Positions 61,378 to 64,000 of a stretch of 64,000 bases of DNA are shown here, in pieces; within the stretch, counting starts at the first letter, position 1; each line of letters opens with the position of its first letter. The DNA is from an uncultured Bacillota bacterium. GTDB taxonomy: Bacteria > Bacillota_I > Bacilli_A > RF39 > UBA660. Under the pieces are notes generated by a model, which had not been told where the DNA came from, did not search any database, and was given only the letters and a program-made list of their open reading frames with translations. A program made the position numbers and the translations under genes. The DNA lies in the NCBI GenBank assembly GCA_946611635.1, contig CAMODW010000003.1, positions 2,364 to 66,363 of the forward strand. The letters run 5' to 3'.

Positions 61378-63696
61378 ATGGTAAAAGAAAAAGATTTTTC
61401 GTTAGATGAATTAACAGTTATAAAAAGAAATGGTAAGAAAGTAGATTTTAACGAAACAAAAATTGCCTTAGCTATAAAAAAAGCTTTTGATGAAATAATT
61501 GAAATAAATGAATATGATGAGGAAGCTCCTAAATATAGTGAAAAAGATATGCAAAAGGTTTTGCATGACGTTTTAGATAGAATTAAAAAGGAATATGTTG
61601 GTAAAGAAAAAATTAAAATTGAAGAAATTCAAGATTTAATAGAAACTTCACTTAAAGCAAAGAAATATAATGATGTTTATGAAAGTTTTACTACATATAG
61701 AGAGAAAAGAGCACAGTCTAGAGCTGCTTTTACAGAAGATAAAAGAAGTCATAAGTTTTTAAAAACGTTAGAAGGACTTGCTTTGAAAAGTGCTTCTGAG
61801 GATGATACCAAAAGAGAAAATGGTAATATAGATGGTAATTCTGCTATGGGAACTATGTTACAATTTGGTTCAAATGTTTCTAAAGAATTTGCGAAAACAT
61901 ATTTAATGAAGAAAAAGTTTGCAGATGCTCATGATGATGGAGATATTCATATTCATGATATGGATTTTGAGGCAATGGGTACAACTACTTGTTTACAAAT
62001 AGATTTGGCTAAATTATTTAAAGGTGGATTTTCAACAGGTCATGGTTATTTAAGAGAACCTAATGATATTATGAGTTATTCTGCTTTAGCAGCAATTGCA
62101 ATTCAATCTAATCAAAATGATCAACATGGTGGACAAAGTATTCCTTTGTTTGACTACTATCTAGCACCTGGGGTTTTAAAAACTTATAAAAAGCAATTGA
62201 AAATGACTATTCAAGATTTGCTTGATTATTCTGATTTTGCTAGTTTTGTGCCACAAAAGTCTTTAGAGACAGAAATAATGAAACTAACTTCTATTGAAAA
62301 TGATATAGAAATATTTGAAAAGTATTATAAAGATAACGAATCTTTGAAAAGATTGTTTAAGATGGCTATGGAAAAAGCTGTTGAAAAAACAGATAGGATT
62401 ACTTATCAAGCTATGGAAGCCTTTATACATAATTTAAATACAATGCATTCAAGAGCAGGTGCTCAGGTACCATTTAGTTCAATTAACTTTGGAACAGATA
62501 CTTCTCCAGAAGGTAGAATGGTAATGAAAAATTATCTTTTGGGTGTTGATGCTGGATTGGGTCATAGTGAAACTCCTATTTTCCCAATATCAATATTCAA
62601 GGTAAAAGAGGGTATCAATTATAATCCTGAAGATCCTAACTATGATTTATTTAAACTATCTTGTAAGGTATCTGCTAAACGTTTGTTCCCTAACTTTGAG
62701 TTTATAGATGCTCCATTTAATTTACAATATTATGTTCCAGGAAGACCTGAAACAGAAGTAGTTACTATGGGATGTAGAACTAGAGTTATGGCTAATGTTG
62801 CTGATCCAGACAAGCAAATAGCAATAGGTAGAGGAAATTTATCATTTACTTCTATTAATCTTGTTAGATTAGGAATTAAACATGGTATAGTTGGAAATAC
62901 TGATCGTAAAAAAGCTGATATGAAAGCTTTCTATGAAGATCTAGATGAAAAAATGGAATTAGTTAGAGATCAATTATTAGAAAGATTTGATATTCAATGT
63001 AGTAAAAGAGTTTATAATTTCCCATTTTTAATGGGTCAAGGTAATTGGTTGGATTCAGAAAAATTAAAACCAAATGATAAACTAAAAAAAGTTTTGAAAC
63101 ATGGTACTTTATCAATAGGATTTATAGGACTTGCAGAAACATTAGTAGCTTTGATAGGTGAACATCATGGTGAGTCTGCTAAGGCTCAAAAGCTAGGTTT
63201 AGAAATTATTGGTCATATGAGAGAAAAATGCGATGAATATTCTAAAGAATATAAATTGAATTTCACACTACTTGCTACTCCTGCTGAAGGATTAAGTGGA
63301 AGATTTACAAAAATAGATAAAGCAATATATGGAAAAATTAAAGGTGTAACTGATAGGCCTTACTATACTAATTCATTCCATGTACCTGTTTATTATAATA
63401 CAACGATTTCTAAGAAGATAAAAATAGAAGCTCCTTATCATGCTTTAACTAATGCTGGACATATTAGTTATATTGAATTAGATGGAGATACTACAGAAAA
63501 TGTTGAGGCTTTTGAATCAGTAATAAGAATGATGAAAGAAGCAGGTATTGGATATGGTGCAATTAACCATCCAGTTGATAGAGATCCAGTTTGTGGATAT
63601 GTTGGAGTAATAAAAGATGTTTGTCCAGGCTGTGGAAGAAGAGATGGCGATCCTATCCCAGCTGAATTGCTTAAAACGCTAAATCTTAATAAATAA
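61378..63696 (+). CDS. nrdD: Anaerobic ribonucleoside-triphosphate reductase, large part (ATP cone to zinc-ribbon region; lacks the glycyl-radical segment)
   Basis: N-terminal ATP cone (VIKRNGKKVDF). The class III RNR core ends ...VCGYVGVIKDVCPGCGRRDGDPIPAELLKTLNLNK without an RxxGY radical motif. Confidence 0.85.
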   Translation: MVKEKDFSLDELTVIKRNGKKVDFNETKIALAIKKAFDEIIEINEYDEEAPKYSEKDMQKVLHDVLDRIKKEYVGKEKIKIEEIQDLIETSLKAKKYNDVYESFTTYREKRAQSRAAFTEDKRSHKFLKTLEGLALKSASEDDTKRENGNIDGNSAMGTMLQFGSNVSKEFAKTYLMKKKFADAHDDGDIHIHDMDFEAMGTTTCLQIDLAKLFKGGFSTGHGYLREPNDIMSYSALAAIAIQSNQNDQHGGQSIPLFDYYLAPGVLKTYKKQLKMTIQDLLDYSDFASFVPQKSLETEIMKLTSIENDIEIFEKYYKDNESLKRLFKMAMEKAVEKTDRITYQAMEAFIHNLNTMHSRAGAQVPFSSINFGTDTSPEGRMVMKNYLLGVDAGLGHSETPIFPISIFKVKEGINYNPEDPNYDLFKLSCKVSAKRLFPNFEFIDAPFNLQYYVPGRPETEVVTMGCRTRVMANVADPDKQIAIGRGNLSFTSINLVRLGIKHGIVGNTDRKKADMKAFYEDLDEKMELVRDQLLERFDIQCSKRVYNFPFLMGQGNWLDSEKLKPNDKLKKVLKHGTLSIGFIGLAETLVALIGEHHGESAKAQKLGLEIIGHMREKCDEYSKEYKLNFTLLATPAEGLSGRFTKIDKAIYGKIKGVTDRPYYTNSFHVPVYYNTTISKKIKIEAPYHALTNAGHISYIELDGDTTENVEAFESVIRMMKEAGIGYGAINHPVDRDPVCGYVGVIKDVCPGCGRRDGDPIPAELLKTLNLNK

Positions 63697-63736
63697 AAAA
63701 TAGAACAAAATAATATAAATAGAAAGAGGAATAAAA

Positions 63737-63916
63737 ATGAAAAAAGAAAATATTGAAAAAACTGAAATTAAAACAGAAAGCAAGAAAATGGTTGGTGAAG
63801 GAATAGGATTTGAAAGAATTAGAAGAATCACTGGTTATTTGGTTGGAACTGTTGAAAGATTTAACGATGGTAAAAAAGCTGAAGAACACGATAGAGTAAA
63901 GCATACTTTTAAGTAG
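63737..63916 (+). CDS. 59-aa ORF encoding the NrdD-type glycyl-radical C-terminal segment
   Basis: Not in the track (59 codons, below its apparent 60-aa cut-off). AAAGAGGA lies 6 nt upstream of the ATG. The translation ends ...GFERIRRITGYLVGTVERFNDGKKAEEHDRVKHTFK, the usual C-terminal signature of class III RNR. Confidence 0.75.
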   Translation: MKKENIEKTEIKTESKKMVGEGIGFERIRRITGYLVGTVERFNDGKKAEEHDRVKHTFK

Positions 63917-63941
63917 AAACTAGAGAAATCTAGTTTTTTTT
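63917..63941 (+). terminator. Intrinsic terminator
   Basis: AAACTAGA-GAAA-TCTAGTTT followed by a T-run. Confidence 0.65.
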
Positions 63942-64000
63942 ATTATAATTCTTATGAATTGAAAAATAGTACCTATTATTGTAATATTTTAATGTATTTC

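Overview
Low-GC Firmicutes-type chromosomal segment, roughly 30% G+C by eye. Gene content and a tmRNA tag ending in AFA suggest an Erysipelotrichia/Mollicutes-related lineage, but that is inference only. Most genes lie on the + strand and are ordinary housekeeping or envelope genes: cdd, ssrA, pcrA, tex, an LtaS-family enzyme, asnB, upp plus a uracil permease, murE, cca, an aquaporin, dus, an aldehyde dehydrogenase and nrdD. I saw no rRNA, CRISPR array, transposase, integrase or reverse transcriptase.

RNA genes I can support:
- tRNA-Thr(CGU)
- an adjacent degenerate tRNA-like gene
- tmRNA
- tRNA-Gly(UCC)

Regions most worth a second look:
1. A tightly packed nine-gene purine/nucleoside operon (36.5-43.8 kb) sits next to tRNA-Gly. 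It carries a canonical PurA, a strongly remodelled PurA paralog, and a purB broken in an A9 tract. It is bracketed by near-identical hairpin repeats.
2. A ~1.1 kb stretch (57.25-58.36 kb) has a good sigma-A promoter and an intrinsic terminator but no ORF of 60 aa or more on either strand. It is a candidate large non-coding RNA.
3. A Leu-rich leader-peptide attenuator, preceded by a second terminator-containing leader element, lies in front of a short orphan LeuA-like gene.
4. The nrdD glycyl-radical segment is encoded as a separate 59-codon ORF that is missing from the supplied track.
5. There are several unusual envelope gene sets: a protein with ~25 Cys-pair modules, a SipW-type peptidase with two candidate cognate substrates, and a pilin-leader/BspA-type LRR fusion.

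All functional calls come from reading motifs in the translations and folding short RNAs by eye. No database search was run.
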